Assembly (NCBI GenBank): GCA_963693365.1 | Contig: CAVNZM010000002.1 | Location: 16,649,615 to 16,713,614 of the forward strand | DNA from: Amoebidium appalachense | Lineage: Eukaryota > Protista > Ichthyosporea | Length of the DNA: 64,000 bases | Reading direction: 5' to 3' | Shown: piece after piece, positions 1 to 30,648 of the stretch | How the letters are laid out: every line of letters begins with the position of its first letter | How positions within the stretch are numbered: the first letter of the stretch is position 1 | Notes under the pieces: generated by a model | Told to the model about the DNA's origin: nothing | Seen by the model: only the letters and a program-made list of their open reading frames with translations | Database searches by the model: none | Translations under genes and position numbers: made by a program

Positions 1-665
1 TATATACATACAATTTGTGTTTGTGTGTTTACTTATGCACCGGAGAGGGGAGGGGGGGGGGGGGAGGGGGGGCGGGGGGGGAGGGGCGGGGAGGGGCGTG
101 GAATATGTATCGTGTGGGCGCAGGGAGACAAACAGGGAAGCACGGGGAAGGGGGAAGGTGGGGGGAAGGTCAGTTATAAACGTTGTCTGTCCCTCCTCCT
201 CCTCCCTATCCTGCACGCCTTTGTCTATTATGGAGTTTCAAAAAAAAACAAGGATGATGTGGTGGGTCGTAAGGAACAGGCAAGCAAAAGGCAGACTAAA
301 GGTAGGAGACAGCTAGCTCATGCGTGGTGTAGCCCAGCAAAACAGAACCTGCAAGTGAAAGGAGTTGGGAAGCCGCCCCCGGGGGGGGGGGAGGGGGGGG
401 GGGGGGGGTGGGAGGGGAGGGGGGGGGAGGATGCACAAAACGGTGTGGGAAAAGAAGGAGGTTGAGGGGAAGGGGGGGGGGGGGGGGGGGGTGGCTCGAT
501 GAATATGGCACCCAAATACAAGCAAAAAAGTCAAGAAAGTCCCCCTTTCCCCCTGAAGCAAGGAAGAGGAAGGGGGAGGGGATCACAGCATGGGTGAAGT
601 GGTAGTACTACAAAAGCCCAGCCTGACCCTCTAGAGATCTCACGTAAAGCAAACAGAGAACATAC

Positions 666-2049
<1,384 letters not shown>

Positions 2050-2631
2050 CCTTCAAAAGACAACACAGAAATATAACATATATATTAAAGTTTACAACCC
2101 TCTTCTTTTTTGTGACTTCAGTCTTTCAAAAGTCAATGACCCGGTTATAAATGCTTTGAAGGCTTGGTTATATTTAGCACAGGTAAGATATCATGTCCTA
2201 TATATAGATAGCTCTGGCCCACTGCTTTCTTGCTTCTCCCTTGATGTCTCCCTTGATCGACTGGTGAAGCACACAGGCATGCTGCATGCCGGCACACCAC
2301 AGAAAACGCACAGCTGGGGAGAGAGGGAGAGGGGGAGTGATGGAAAGGATAAGTACAATAGGGTGCAAGGGAAAAGAAGAGGAGACGAAAGGGAGTACAT
2401 GATATAGGCTTTGATTTGATTATCCGCGGTTTCTGTGAGCACGTTGGTGCAGCATCGTTAATTTCAAAGCGAAAGAGGTACAAACCCCTTTGGGAAAGAG
2501 TGAGAGAGAGAGGGAGGGCGCGCGAGCGAGAACCTAGGAAGGCCTGTGCAAGGCTGGTTTTTCGCTCATTTTTTCGTTGCTATATAACTTAGGAGCCGCT
2601 AGATATACTACGTTTTGTCTCCACCGCCACC
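2050..2631. promoter_or_regulatory. Probable bidirectional promoter region between EMC7 and MRPL10
   Basis: ~580 bp between divergent start codons; TATATAA at ~2581. Confidence 0.5.
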
Positions 2632-3266
2632 ATGTTGAGTTCACTGAGACCAGCAACAAGGGGCTTGTGTCTTGCGACGCAAAACATAAGCTTCTCCCGT
2701 CGGTATGCAGCCGCAGCCGCAGCCGCAGCAACCAAAGGGGCAGTAGCTCCCGCATCAGCAGAAACTCCAGCTGCAACCACGCCGGCAAAAGCTCCCATCC
2801 ACCTTCCCATTCTTGACAGACCAGCACCAAATCCTCTAAAAGCATACAAGGTGAACAGGATAAAGAACGTGCTTCAGACGAGTCAGATTATGCTTGTTGT
2901 CCAACACAATAACCTCAACGACTCCCAATGGCTCAAGTAAGTGCCTGTCGATGTTGAACACAAACGTGCTAATGTGATCGTTGAAATGATGCGGACTACA
3001 TTTGTTTTAGCATGTCGAAGGCAAACACGAATACTTAGGTGTACTGTGAAAGGTTGGGTGGACATTGTGGAGGAGGGGGAGGGGGAGGCAGGGGAGGCAG
3101 GGGAGGAGGAGGTGGTGGTGTGTGTGGGGGGAGGAGGGGGTGGGGTGGGGGGAAAGGAAGGAGGAAGGGAGGGGGGGAGGGGGTGGCAGGGAGGATGCAA
3201 TAGCAATAGCCAACTGAGATTTACAGAAAAGGAGCGGGCTTTGTTTCTGCTCTTCTCTCTTCTTCT

Positions 3267-3298
<32 letters not shown>

Positions 3299-3619
3299 TT
3301 TTGGGGGGGAGGGAGGGGAGGGGAGGGGAAGGGCAACCGAGTGAATGTGTTAAAACCAGCAAACAAAACTATCCCGGGCACAGCCAATCTGTGGTGCCTG
3401 GGCTGACTGTTTGCAACAGGGAAGGGCACGTAGTTACAGACAGAGGGACCTGTGTGTGGCCCTGGTGTCTCGGTTAGCGTGCCTAGACAATTACACTGCG
3501 CTTGTTAGTTGTTTCAAGTGTGTGTGGTACATTGCATAGCCTGTTCCCTTACTAAAATCGGTCTCTCTCTCTCTTCCCCCTCCTCCTCCCCCCCCCCCCC
3601 CCCCCTCCGGGCTCCCCCC

Positions 3620-3650
<31 letters not shown>

Positions 3651-3942
3651 TTTTGCCCCCCCCCCCCGGCTCCTTTTTTTTTTTTGAAGGGGGTGCAGCA
3701 TACTCGGTTCTGATTTGTCCTTCTCCCCCCCCCCCCCTCCCCCCTTTTTTGGAGGGGGGAGGGGGGGGGGACTATTCTCTCTTTGTCCATCCTTCCTACT
3801 GGGTTGCACATGCCTTCTTTCTTGTGTCGTATTTCTCATGCTTAACCTTCACCCTCTGGCTGAAACACTAAACTTCGTGTTCTGTCCCTATACAATGTAT
3901 ACCCTATCATGTTTGTTCTGGCAACACTTGTATGCATGTTCA

Positions 3943-3993
<51 letters not shown>

Positions 3994-4034
3994 CCACACA
4001 CGTGCGTACACAAACACCCACACCCACACACGTG

Positions 4035-4091
<57 letters not shown>

Positions 4092-4348
4092 AAACTCCAG
4101 CTTCCGAAAGGCAGCCAAGAAGAAGCAGTGGAACTTCACGATTTTCCCGAATGCACTTTTCCGGAAATGCATCGAGCACACACCGTTTGGTGGGCTTGCA
4201 CCACTGATGCATAGCACGGTGGGGATTATGTACTCACCAACAAAGGATCTGAAGTCGGCACTTGATATGATCAAGAAAGAGGAGAGGCTGGTACGTGTGT
4301 GCTTATGTTTGTTACTTTTGTTTATTTGTCTTTTATTTGTTGTTGTTG

Positions 4349-4417
<69 letters not shown>

Positions 4418-4530
4418 GGGGGGGGAGGGTTGGTACGAGGAGGTTTATTGGGGGAAGCGGTTGGGGGGTATGTGCAAGAGGCTCAGGGAGGTTATGTGTG
4501 TACACATGTTTTTTTCTTTTTTTCTTTCTT

Positions 4531-4561
<31 letters not shown>

Positions 4562-5065
4562 GTTTCAAATTGCGGGGAGAGGGGAAAGGGGAAGGGGTAA
4601 ACGAGGATGGGGCTGGGATTAGTGTGGGAAAGGTGGTCGGACGCGTGCCTACATGTGGGTGTGGTTGTGTCGTGTGTGGACTGATGGAGGTGGTGGAGTA
4701 TAGAGCATTTGAGGGTCAAGGATTTGAACCTGTGTGCGGCCATGGTGGTGGTGACGGAAGTTAGGGCGGTGATCAGGAGAGTGTGTGGCTGTGTGTATGT
4801 GTGCCTGTGGAGGTTGTGTGTGTTTGCCGGTGAAGCCCGGGGGGTAGGGGGGGGGAGGGGAGGGAGAGAGAGAGTAAGAGAGAGAGAGAGAAGAGAGACG
4901 GGGTGAGAGGGGGGAAGAGGGTTTCAGTCTATCTGAGAGAAATTGTGTGGTTTGTGAGGTAAAGAAACACAAGGTTTGTTGGATATATAGGTGGCACTAG
5001 GAAATGCGCATGTACACACGTGTTGAGAGCCTCCATTTATCGCCACCCTGTATGCATGTTAAACG

Positions 5066-5104
<39 letters not shown>

Positions 5105-5509
5105 ACACACTCACTTAAACACACAGGCACACACACACTCACTCACTCACCAGACCAATTACCAACATTTCTTCTTGGCACACCCGGTATAACACAAACA
5201 CACTTACACATGCACACTCACATATATACAATCACCCAGTTCTAAACACACCCCTCACACAAAATGCGGATGCTACTCCCCCCTCCCCCCACCCCGGCAC
5301 TAAAGGCGCGCACACGCTTATCTTCTTGCCCCCCCCCCCCCCCCCCCCCCCCCCCCGGGCCCCCCCTGAGGATGGGCTCTGCTTATTATGCATACTCTTT
5401 ATGTATGGCTTTCATTCTGCATCGTGTTATCCGTTTGTTCTTGTGTACTTCGTACTTTTTGACGCATTCAACCCCCCCCCCCCCAAAAAAAAAAAAAAAA
5501 AAAAACACG

Positions 5510-5541
<32 letters not shown>

Positions 5542-6821
5542 CTGACAGACATTTCCGTCACACCCACACACACACACGCCCCCACACACACTCGTACACA
5601 CAAACACGTACACAGCTGCTGCTGGGGATGTATGCGGAGGGCATGGTGCTGGACGTTGATCTGATTAGTCGCTACCTGTCCACCCCCCTGTGGATGTGCT
5701 GCATGGCCAGCTACTGGCTCTGCTCACCGCAAACTCACAGCGCCTGGTGGCCCTGCTGCAGGTATGAGATCGCGCGATTACCGCTAATCGGGTTGAGCGT
5801 GATCGGTGTGGGTGTATTTTGTGTGCTCGTTATCTCGATGTGCTGGTTGCTCACTATCATTTGACTTAATCTTTTTGCATGTGGAAAGGCTGTCCTACTC
5901 CCCCCCCCCCCCCCCCCCCCCCTCCCCCTCCCCCTCCAGTGCCAGTGTTGGTCTGCCTCCTGTGCCTTCATTACAGAAGAAAATGCCTCTATGTTCACTT
6001 CGATCCTCTCTCGTCCCCCCCCCCCCCCCCCCCCCCCTCTTTTTTTCCCATTTCCCTGGTCTTCGTTCCTGTGCCAATCTTTTTGCATGTGGAAAGGCTG
6101 TCCTACTCCCCCCCCCCCCCCCCCCCTCCCCCCCCCCCTCCCCCTCCAGTGCCAGTGTTGGTCTGCCTCCTGTGCCTTCATTACAGAAGAAAATGCCTCT
6201 ATGTTCACTTCGATCCTCTCTCGTCCCCCCCCCCCCCCCCCCCTCTTTTTTTTTCCCATTTCCCTGGTCTTCGTTCCTGTGCCCTCTCCTTCCCTTCCAT
6301 CTCTTGCTTCTTTCCAACCCTCCCCCCGACCCTCCCAAGTTCAGTTGATGCTGCTGTCTGAGTTGGAGAGTCGTATATACGCGGGCTAAGGGGTCGAAAC
6401 TCAGACGCAATTTATGACTCGGGCCCTCCCTGAGGATGGGCTCTGCTTATGACGCATACTGTGCACATGGCTGATGTTGCAGACTTGAATGTTTGCCTTT
6501 GCATGTGTCCTGCACCATGCTTCTCATCGTGTATGCGTACTTCGTACCGTGTTCCGCATTCAACCCCCCGAGGGGAATAGGTCGAAACTCGGGTACTGTG
6601 GATGACGTGGGCCCCCCCTGAGGATGGGCTCTGCTTATTATGCATACTCTTTATGTATGGCTTGCATTCTGCATCGTGTTATCCGTTTGTTCTTGTGTAC
6701 TTCGTACTTTTTGACGCATTCAAAACCCCCCCCCCCCCCCCACACACACACACACCATGCACACAAAACAAAAACACACATCCACATACAGACACCTGGT
6801 ATGAGATGATGAGTCTGGGTT

Positions 6822-6895
<74 letters not shown>

Positions 6896-6900
6896 GTGTT

Positions 6901-6935
<35 letters not shown>

Positions 6936-7311
6936 GGAGGGGGGGTAGAAGAATGCCACCATATTTAGTACAAAGACATGAGGAGGGCATTCTATTATGG
7001 GTTGATGTTTGTAGGCGAGTCCTGCAACAGCAAACAGACAGCGATTTTTAGAAAAGAAAGAAACCACCAAGAAGTACCAATTGCCTGGATGGCTAATGGG
7101 GGGAGGGGAAGGGGGGAAGGGGGGGGGGTGGGGGGTGGGGGTGGAAGGGAGTTGGGGAGAGGGTTGGGGGGGGGTGGGGGGGGGGGGGGGATGATAATAT
7201 TTTAGTTTGAGCACTGACTGTGTGTGGCTACAGAGGAACCAAGTCAACCTGCTGGCAAACCTGACACACCACGTGGACAGCCAGAAGAAGGACGACCCAC
7301 CCGCAGAATAG
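2632..7311 (+). CDS. MRPL10: Mitochondrial ribosomal protein uL10m, 4 exons (2632-2936, 4101-4290, 5616-5761, 7234-7311)
   Basis: Arg/Ser/Ala-rich transit peptide; [55 protein letters not shown] match uL10m. Needs one extra C in the C6 run at 5683-5688 (likely assembly error). Confidence 0.85.
5357..5471 (+). mobile_element. Structured intronic repeat, subfamily a, 5'-truncated copy A
   Basis: CCCTGAGGATGGGCTCTGCTTATTATGC...TACTTCGTAC...CGCATTCAA near-identical to 6609-6725 and 34016-34127; flanked by poly(C). Confidence 0.85.
5868..6283 (+). repeat. Tandem duplication of a 208-bp intronic unit
   Basis: 5868-6075 and 6076-6283 essentially identical apart from C/T-run lengths. Confidence 0.9.
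6328..6563 (+). mobile_element. Structured intronic repeat, subfamily b, copy B
   Basis: Matches 39222-39458 and 40874-41109; contains GTCTGAGTTGGAG, GTCGAAACTCAGAC, CTCCCTGAGGATGGGCTC. Confidence 0.85.
6570..6725 (+). mobile_element. Structured intronic repeat, subfamily a, copy C
   Basis: Matches 33973-34127; begins right after the C-run ending copy B. Confidence 0.85.
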
Positions 7312-7907
7312 CTTTTATGCGCTGCTTTTCATTGTTGCTGGTTTTAAGCGCTTACTGTTATTGGATGGAATCAAAGGTGCTGCGTGTAGTCTACCTGAAT
7401 GGGTTTTTTCTGGTGAGTCTGTGATTGTTTAGTTTCATGTGACATTTTGATTGGGCGTAGATTTAACCCTGCTGGGCCATTGATTTAGGCACCAACTATG
7501 CACTCCAAGCACCCAATTGCAGCTCGTGTTTATATTTATTAAGTTGATTAGTGGGGTAGATGTCTTTGTCTGTTTTTTTCTTCATTCTTTCCGTTTTGGC
7601 TTTTTGTGTATTATTTTTTTTTTTATGGCATTGGCTGGAAGCATCGCCTTGTGGCATCCGTATCAACATAATTTTGGTTTGAAGAGTGCCGGTAGGGCCA
7701 GTGTATGATGTCAAACCCCCCCCCCCCCCAAAAAAAAAAGAAAGAAAGAAAGAAAGAAAAACGGTTCCGAACTGGTAACGTAAAGGCTCATCACATTTGA
7801 TCTCTGTGCGTGCGTTTTTACGGTGGATATGCCACACATACATGCACACACAAAAAATGTATAAAACACAGAGGTGTAGTCTGACGTGCACACCTAGTCA
7901 CAACCCA

Positions 7908-7949
<42 letters not shown>

Positions 7950-8066
7950 CCTCCCGGCAGAAATCATTGAAAAGCAAAAAGATCTAGACGGAAAAGGAAA
8001 GAAGTCTAATTTTGAAAAACTTTGGGACTTGGCACATTCGATCACTCCCTTTTTGTGTCTATGTCC

Positions 8067-8100
<34 letters not shown>

Positions 8101-8344
8101 CCGGCGCCCCTGAAACCCCATCAACCCTTTCCCTCCCAGATACGAAGACTATAAGTAAGTTAGCTTGCCCAAATTTAAGCCCTTGATTGTTGCTAAAAAC
8201 CTCAGCAGTTGCCATACTGCTGAAGGTATACACGCAACGACTGTTCCCCCCGCCAGCCTCCCTGTCCCTACCCAGGGCCCCCCAGCTCCATGAGCTGACC
8301 ATGATCTGCAACATGATCAGTCCCCCTCCTCCCCCCTTTCCCCC

Positions 8345-8387
<43 letters not shown>

Positions 8388-8552
8388 CTCCCTCCCCCCC
8401 CACCGTACCCCCCCTTGGGGTCCTTCTCTCTCTGAACCCCCCCACCCCCCCTTCGAATTCAGCCCTCCCCCCCCCCCCCCCCTCTCCCCCCGCCCCCCGG
8501 TCCTGCTCTCTGACCCCGCTCCCCCCTTTCACCTCCCCCTCCGAGGCTCCCA

Positions 8553-8608
<56 letters not shown>

Positions 8609-8640
8609 GAAGGCTTCCTTTGGTTGAAGTTCCGTGCCCG

Positions 8641-8712
<72 letters not shown>

Positions 8713-9526
8713 CCCTCCCTCTACCTCTATCAATCCTCCCTCCTTCCCCCTCCCCCCTTTCCCCCCATCGCCCTCATTCTTGAGAACTCACCTGTGATAT
8801 ATGTACCTCTGGAAAGCACACAAGGTTGGCACTGCATGCGCAGTGTGCCGATGATTCGCACAGAACTGCAACTGTTTCGAACCCTAAGGAAGTATTTTCA
8901 TATGCTGACAGAAACCAATCGGAGCTCCTCCGGTAAATGGCGGGAATATTTCGTATTCCTGCAAAGCCTTGGCTGCGCCGCCGTTCAATGATCAACACAA
9001 AAGCAATACCACGTTTTATGTTTTTGTTTATGTTTGCATATGCCTCCATTCACAACGATGTTCCTTTGACACTGCCTTTCCATTGAATCTCTTTTTACTC
9101 AACCCTATAATAATCCTCTCTCAATGTTTTCTTTTTTCTTTCTTTCTTTTTTTTTTTTTTGGGTGGCAAATAGTCTACTCCTACTCTGCATCACAGACCT
9201 CTCTCACCCGACCATTAGGTCTCCACAACAAACCCACGTTACCCTCTTTTGCTTGAAATCAGTGCCGAATTCAACTTAAAATCGCTTCTTTGGATAGCTT
9301 GGACATCCCTCACTTCTCGTCCCCCCTGCATATGCTTACAGAAACTGGGGCCTACCTGGCATTACGTTGACCCTCCACACACACACCACGATCTTCTCAA
9401 TAAATAAAACCAAATAAAAACATCAAGAGGTAGTGTGTTTCCGCCATCAAGTGCAAGCTGTTGTCCTGTAAAGGCTTAGTTCTTAAGGGGATCATGGGAG
9501 GCATTCCATCATAGGGCCCAAGCAGA

Positions 9527-24188
<14,662 letters not shown>

Positions 24189-24484
24189 TATGGGGGTTTG
24201 TATTATGAAATTTGGGGGGGGGGGGGGGGGGGGGTTCACAGTATTACGGGAAGCTTTTATAGGCGTATATATGTACATATTGACCATGTATTTGTATATT
24301 TTAGTGCTTTTATAAAACTTTTATGTGGAATTATGTGCGAAGAATTTGGCGCACGAGCCCATGCACACACAGAGGTACATACACACCCACACACCCCCCA
24401 TGTGTGACGTTGTTGGGCCCTCGAACTCTCAGATTTACGCCTCGTGCACACGGGCGCGCCCGCGCGCACACACGCACACACTGT

Positions 24485-24542
<58 letters not shown>

Positions 24543-25063
24543 ACGTGCACCTGCACAATATCATTGTCAAGCACACGGCAAAATACTCTACTTACAACAA
24601 AATAGCATGCGCAATATATTAGAGTATTTTGTATTTTTGCACCACGTTTGCACAGTGTTCGGTTTTTCTTCTTCTGTGAAGCCATTCGTGTTGAAACAGC
24701 AACCGAAAGTCCATGTCATGGTTTATATTGATGACGATAGACCTTGAAACTTTGACATATGTACATGGCATTGCTTGGATGACTGCCAAAACGAAGGATC
24801 GTTATTACGCTTGTTCGGCAAAGACACGGGTTTGAAAATGCATTCGCTTATGGATAAGTCCAAGAATGTTATGCCGACGACCACTGAGTGGGTTTTCGCC
24901 TACACACGTGCATATTATGTGTTTTGCTTGTGAATTCGAAGCAAATAGATCCCAGAGGGTACGTTTAAGATCACTGAGTGATCATGTGCATCGATCCCGG
25001 GCCGGTGATCATATGAAACAGATGACAGATCCTCCCTCCCTCCCTTGATTCGAACCCTCCCCC

Positions 25064-25094
<31 letters not shown>

Positions 25095-26184
25095 AAAAAA
25101 CCTAAAACAAAACCCTCAGTGCATCCCAACGGTGTACGTACGTGTCGTCAGCCCAAAAAGGGACAATGATCCCCTTATCGGGCGCCTCCCTGCGCGGGAC
25201 ATATATTACATGCACACACACAGGCCGGTGTGCCGCACACGTGCATGATTATTATGCTGTGGCGCACGGCAGATGACGTGATATTTGCCGCAAATAACCC
25301 TGCCTGAAGCTGCAGCTATCGATTATGCTGCACAACGTACGCATATATGTGCAAAGCACGTAAGCCCAAGAGACGCGTGCTTATATTTCACACGCACATT
25401 TGCTGGGCCGAACTCCCATTGGTGGGGACAGGCGCATGTGCACATCTGTAGTGTGTGCTTCTTTACGTGGAGGTCTTTGTCTGTACAGGCCGGTGTGTGT
25501 TTGTCACGGGTGTACTTTGTTACCCGTGCTTCTGTTTAAGCGTGCTTATAACCGTGTGTGTGTGTGTGTGTGTGTGTGCTTGTTTACAAGCATGTGTGCT
25601 GTGGTGTATGCGTGTGCATGCTTAGTGACGTGCATGCGTGTGCAGAATCCTGTCCACGTGCATTATGTGTGCGCATGTGGTGCTTCTGTGTATCCAATTG
25701 CATGTGGGTGGAACCTTACACTTCACTGTGATCAAGTCTGCCACACAAAGGCGGCATAGCATTTGTACAATCAGACCACCTGTGGCCTGTCTCCACACCA
25801 CACATGCACACGTCATGCTGTGTGTGTGTGTGCGCGTGCGTGTGGTTGGTCGTACGTACGTACACAGTGACAATGAAAATCTTCGAGTGAATATGATTGT
25901 GCATGCACACCTGCATGTATGCATGTGTGTGTGTGTGCGTGTGTGCACGAAATCCCAGCCTAAGGCTTGTTCATATATGTGCATGGTGTGTGCTTATCGC
26001 CACTACTCCTTTACAAGTAGCCCGAAGAAAGCACAACCCTCTCATCGTACAGACACCAAGTATTTATGACCTAAAAAAGCAAGTTAGGGCAGGCAAGCTA
26101 TAAAAATCCCCAAAAACCAACCCCGACCAAATCTAGAGCCATTCAACAGCCGTAGTCATTCCACTTGATGCCATCTAGAGGCCT

Positions 26185-27251
26185 CTACAAGGCATTGCCG
26201 ATTACTCGGGACATGTCTGTGAGGCACATTTTGATTTGTTAGAAACTCGCCTCATCATTAATCCCCCCCCTCCCCCCCCCCCTCTGCCGCCGGCGCACGC
26301 ACGCGCGAGAAAGACATCTTATGCATCCCATCCACATGCGGGATAAGCAGGCTTGGACAGAAATGGCAGGGAACCATGCACTTGATTCAGCACTACCAGC
26401 CACACGCCAACACAGAAATGTCCACCCAGCCCACCTAGGCCTACCACATGCACACCATCAGCATGCCTGCATGAACCCCCACACCATCAGCATGCCTGCA
26501 TGAACCCCCCTCCCCCCCCCCCCCCCTCCGGGACTTGCTCAGTCTACTGGCAAGGCAGCACACACCGGGAATGTATGGGCCTTATCAACAGTATGGAAGA
26601 TAATGCCGCGCAGGGGTGCATGATTGCTAGCAGCCAACACACAAAGAGGGGTGAATACAGGGGTGGAAGGGGTGCAAGGAGGTGCATGTGAGGTGCAGGG
26701 GATGTGTGTGCTCATGGAGTGAAGTGTCTGCATGCTGTCTGTCTGTGTATGTGTGCCTGTGTGGGCATGCCCGTGTGTGTGTGTAGTTGAGCCGAACTGC
26801 GAGTGCATACATGTGCGCATGCAAAGCGCATGTGTAACTGTGTGCACCTGGTGTGTTCATTCGCACTCGTGCGTATGTGGGCACATGTTTGTTGCGCGCC
26901 CCCACAGTGAGTGACTGTGTATTTGTGTGTGTGTGCGGATGTGCACGCACACTCGTATTCGATCTTCCCTCTAAAAGGCTTGTGTACTTACGAGTAAGTT
27001 ATTGTGTGTTGTTGTGTCGCGTGTGTGAGTGTGTGTGTGTGTGTGTCCCTGCACGTGTGCACATGTGTGTGTGCATGTGCATGTGCATGTGCATGTGCGT
27101 GTGTGTCCCTGCACGTGCACGTACACTCGTAGTCGATCTTCTCCACAATGCTGCGGGGCTTCAGGTCTGCTTCGAGATTTGTCTCCAACGACACCAGTCC
27201 GTTGGGCTTGTCCACCCACCCATTCGCCTTGATCATCGCATCAAGCTCACC

Positions 27252-27303
<52 letters not shown>

Positions 27304-27425
27304 AGAAAGGGGGGTTAGAAGCAGCGATACACAGTGCCATGTATTGAATGGCCGGCCAAAGACAAGATACCAAAAAGTATACTGGTGAAGGGCAGATGTG
27401 GGGGGAGAGGGAAGGAGGAGGAGAA

Positions 27426-27462
<37 letters not shown>

Positions 27463-28562
27463 AAAAACAAGCAGCGGGTAGTGTGTATGCAGTTGTAAGC
27501 GCCCACCTGCACCTAACGCACATGTGTGTGTGTGAAACCAGTTGATGTCCTCCTACCACTGTACACAAGCGTTGGGAAGGTGCAATCGAAAGGGGGAAAC
27601 AGCATAAGCATGGAGGGCACAAAAACATTAACAACACTGACCACCACGTTCAATAGACATAGGTCCAGTGGGTAAATACTGTGCCGGGCAAAAAAAAGGC
27701 CCAATAGCTACTGAAGTGGGTGCTGGTCGTGATGAGGGAGTGGGTGTGGGTGTGGGCGGGCGCGCATGTGTTAACCCTCTCCTAAAGAGCCCAAGAACTA
27801 CAAACAGCAAGGAGTCGTGTTGTGCATATCTTCATTCATGTCAAAAAACCACCTACATAGGCAGTCCGAAAGGGGAGAAAAGAGAAAGATATAAGATAAA
27901 GATGGATCGATTTAGAGGGACAAAAGCACGCGCGCATGTGTGTGTGTGTGCGCGCGTGTGCGCGAGTATGCATGTATGCATGTCGGACAGGTGACCCTTA
28001 CCCTGAAGGTTGAGGAAGTCCCTCAGCAATTGCCGTTGGATCTGTTGGTAGGAGATGGACAGCACACTGATGATGTCTGTGTGTGCGCACGTGCATGCCG
28101 TGTGTGCGTGTGTGTGGTGCGTTCATGCAAATATGTGGGGAGGCAGGTGAGCACGGGTGCCACTGTGTGCATTTTTGTGTGTGTGTGTGTACGCGTCTCT
28201 CTGTGTGTGTTGAGGGAGAGGGGGGAGAGCGGGAGTGTGTCAGAAGCACGTTCCATCTACCACTAACCGGGTCCATCACCCCCACTCTCCCCCGCCCCCC
28301 CTACTCCCCACCACCACACACACACAAGAGGGAGTCTTTATAACAAAAGGGGGTGCATGCGCACATGCATCTCCCCTCCTCTATCTATTGGTATTCGACA
28401 GCTGGTGGCGGCAAGGAAAAACCGGGTGTGGGGCGATCTGAATTTGTTTTGGAGCTGGAAGGGGCATGGAGGCGAGGAGACGGAGAGGAGACAAGAAGAA
28501 AGAGAGAGAGAGAAGACACAGGCACACACAGAGAGAAATGTGTGCGTGCGTGCGTGTGTGTG

Positions 28563-28615
<53 letters not shown>

Positions 28616-28973
28616 GGGGCATACATTTCCTGATGGCGTCATCAAAGCCCAGCACCTGTGTGTGGTTAAACACGATAGAGGAGCCCGGCAGCTCGGACCA
28701 GAATTCCCTAAAATGGCAAGTCTGCGCAATCATCATGGTATTAGGAGGTGAAGGTTTCGCAAAGCGTAACTAATGGAATTTGTGCAAGTCTCTCTATCCT
28801 TTTCCTCATTCCGCATACACATGACAGATAGTGCGCGCGTGCGATTCAGTTTACACCAGTAAAATAAGAAACATAGAAGCCATGTAATGTTAGATAGGAT
28901 GTGAGAACTGTATGCGAGTGTTACAAGGGGCACGTCGGAGGGAAAGGTGTACCACACGGGTGAGTGAGGTTTC

Positions 28974-29004
<31 letters not shown>

Positions 29005-29079
29005 AGGAAGAGACGGGGGGATGAGAGGGAGAGACTGAAACGGAGAGAGAAGAGAGAGACATTGGGGTGGTGTGTGTGT

Positions 29080-29125
<46 letters not shown>

Positions 29126-30610
29126 GAGAGAGAGAGAAAGAGAGAGGCAAATTATTAAAGGGCGGGAGGGAGAGAGGGAGCGAGGGGAAGGGAAGAGAGA
29201 GACGATGCTCGCTTCTAGTCCCCTAAAGCATTTACAATAGTGCACTGTGAAGCCACCACCAACATATAGTTCCAGCAGACACGAACAAGCATCAGCTACC
29301 TCCAAACCTACTGTCTAACCATGGCCCATACAAGCTCTCTATCAAACTATATTCACTATCTTCCATGCTATGCCGATCCTCCCCTCCCCCCCCCCCCAAA
29401 AAAAACAAAAAAAAAAAAAAAAAAAAAAAAAAACAATCCACTGCTGACCCTTTCCCTGTTCGAGGTCCCCCCTTCCCCGCCCCCTCCACAAAAACACACT
29501 GACCTCAAGCAGCTGTGACAAGTATGTGATCTGCTTGACATGTTCATTCTCAAGCATGTCCGTGCTAAGCAGAGAGAAGCACAGGTTGACGTCGGGGGAT
29601 GGCAGGCTCATGACCCCCTTGATAAGGATCAGCACGATGATGTCCCTCTGTGCGCACTGGGGGTTGAACTGGTACCTGGGGGGGGGGGGGGGGGGGGGGG
29701 GGGTGTTAAGAAAACAGGACTCACAAAGTAATAGTACCGTCTGCAGTTTGGGGTGGTCATTAATGGGGAGGCAGCAAACATGGTGACATAAGTTGTGCCA
29801 GATCTCGGATATGAGACACACTGATAGACTGGCTTCGACTGGCACATTCGTGCGTGTGTGTGTGTGTTTGGGGGGGGGGGGGGGGGGGGGGGGGGAGGGG
29901 GAGGAGGAGGGTAAGCCTGGAGTTAGGAGAGGCAGTTCGGGAAAGTGAACACGCCTCTGTGTAAGTGCCTGTGTGAGTGAGACTACAAGTGCGTGTCAGT
30001 GTGCTAGATGCAACTACATGCGTATGGTTGTCTGCAAACACACACACACACACACACACACACGCATCAATTTGTATGCCCGTATGTCTATGTGTCCCGT
30101 GGTTTGCGTGCTTGTGTATACATATGTGTGTTAGAACAACATCCGTAAGGAAAGTGAGATATCGCGGATATGGAAGCCAATTGCAGGAACTTGAAAATCG
30201 TACACAGAGGTTCCTGTTGCCAACACCAGGGTGCAATTCGTAGGGGAAGAGCATACAGCAACTGCCGCACAAAACCAGTAGCGGTCCTTTAGACCCTTGC
30301 AGAAGCAACCCCCCCCCCCAAAAAAAAAGGAAAAAAAGAAAAAAAAAAGCAAAGAAAAAAACCACAACACAAGCACACATTTATCTATAACAAAAGCACC
30401 ACCACCACCACACTCAGCTCTTCCTCGCCCTAAAAAACCAAACAAGTTGTTAATATACGTACTTTGTTTACCATTTTCCATCATCCTGAGCTCTCCCACA
30501 CCCAGCCTCCACAAACAATGGCTTGTTCTCTTTCCCCCCCTCCTCCCTCCCTCCCTTCTCCCTCCCTCCCCTCCTCCCTCCCCCCCCCCCCCCCCACCCA
30601 CACACGCACA

Positions 30611-30648
<38 letters not shown>

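Noticed and set aside
5683-5688. Frameshift suggesting an MRPL10 pseudogene or programmed frameshift
   Set aside because: Single-base indel in a homopolymer of an otherwise intact housekeeping gene; most simply a long-read error.
6390-6600. Conventional type I/II/III hammerhead
   Set aside because: In canonical strand orders stems I and III do not both form convincingly; only the A-C-B arrangement satisfies all three stems in both subfamilies.
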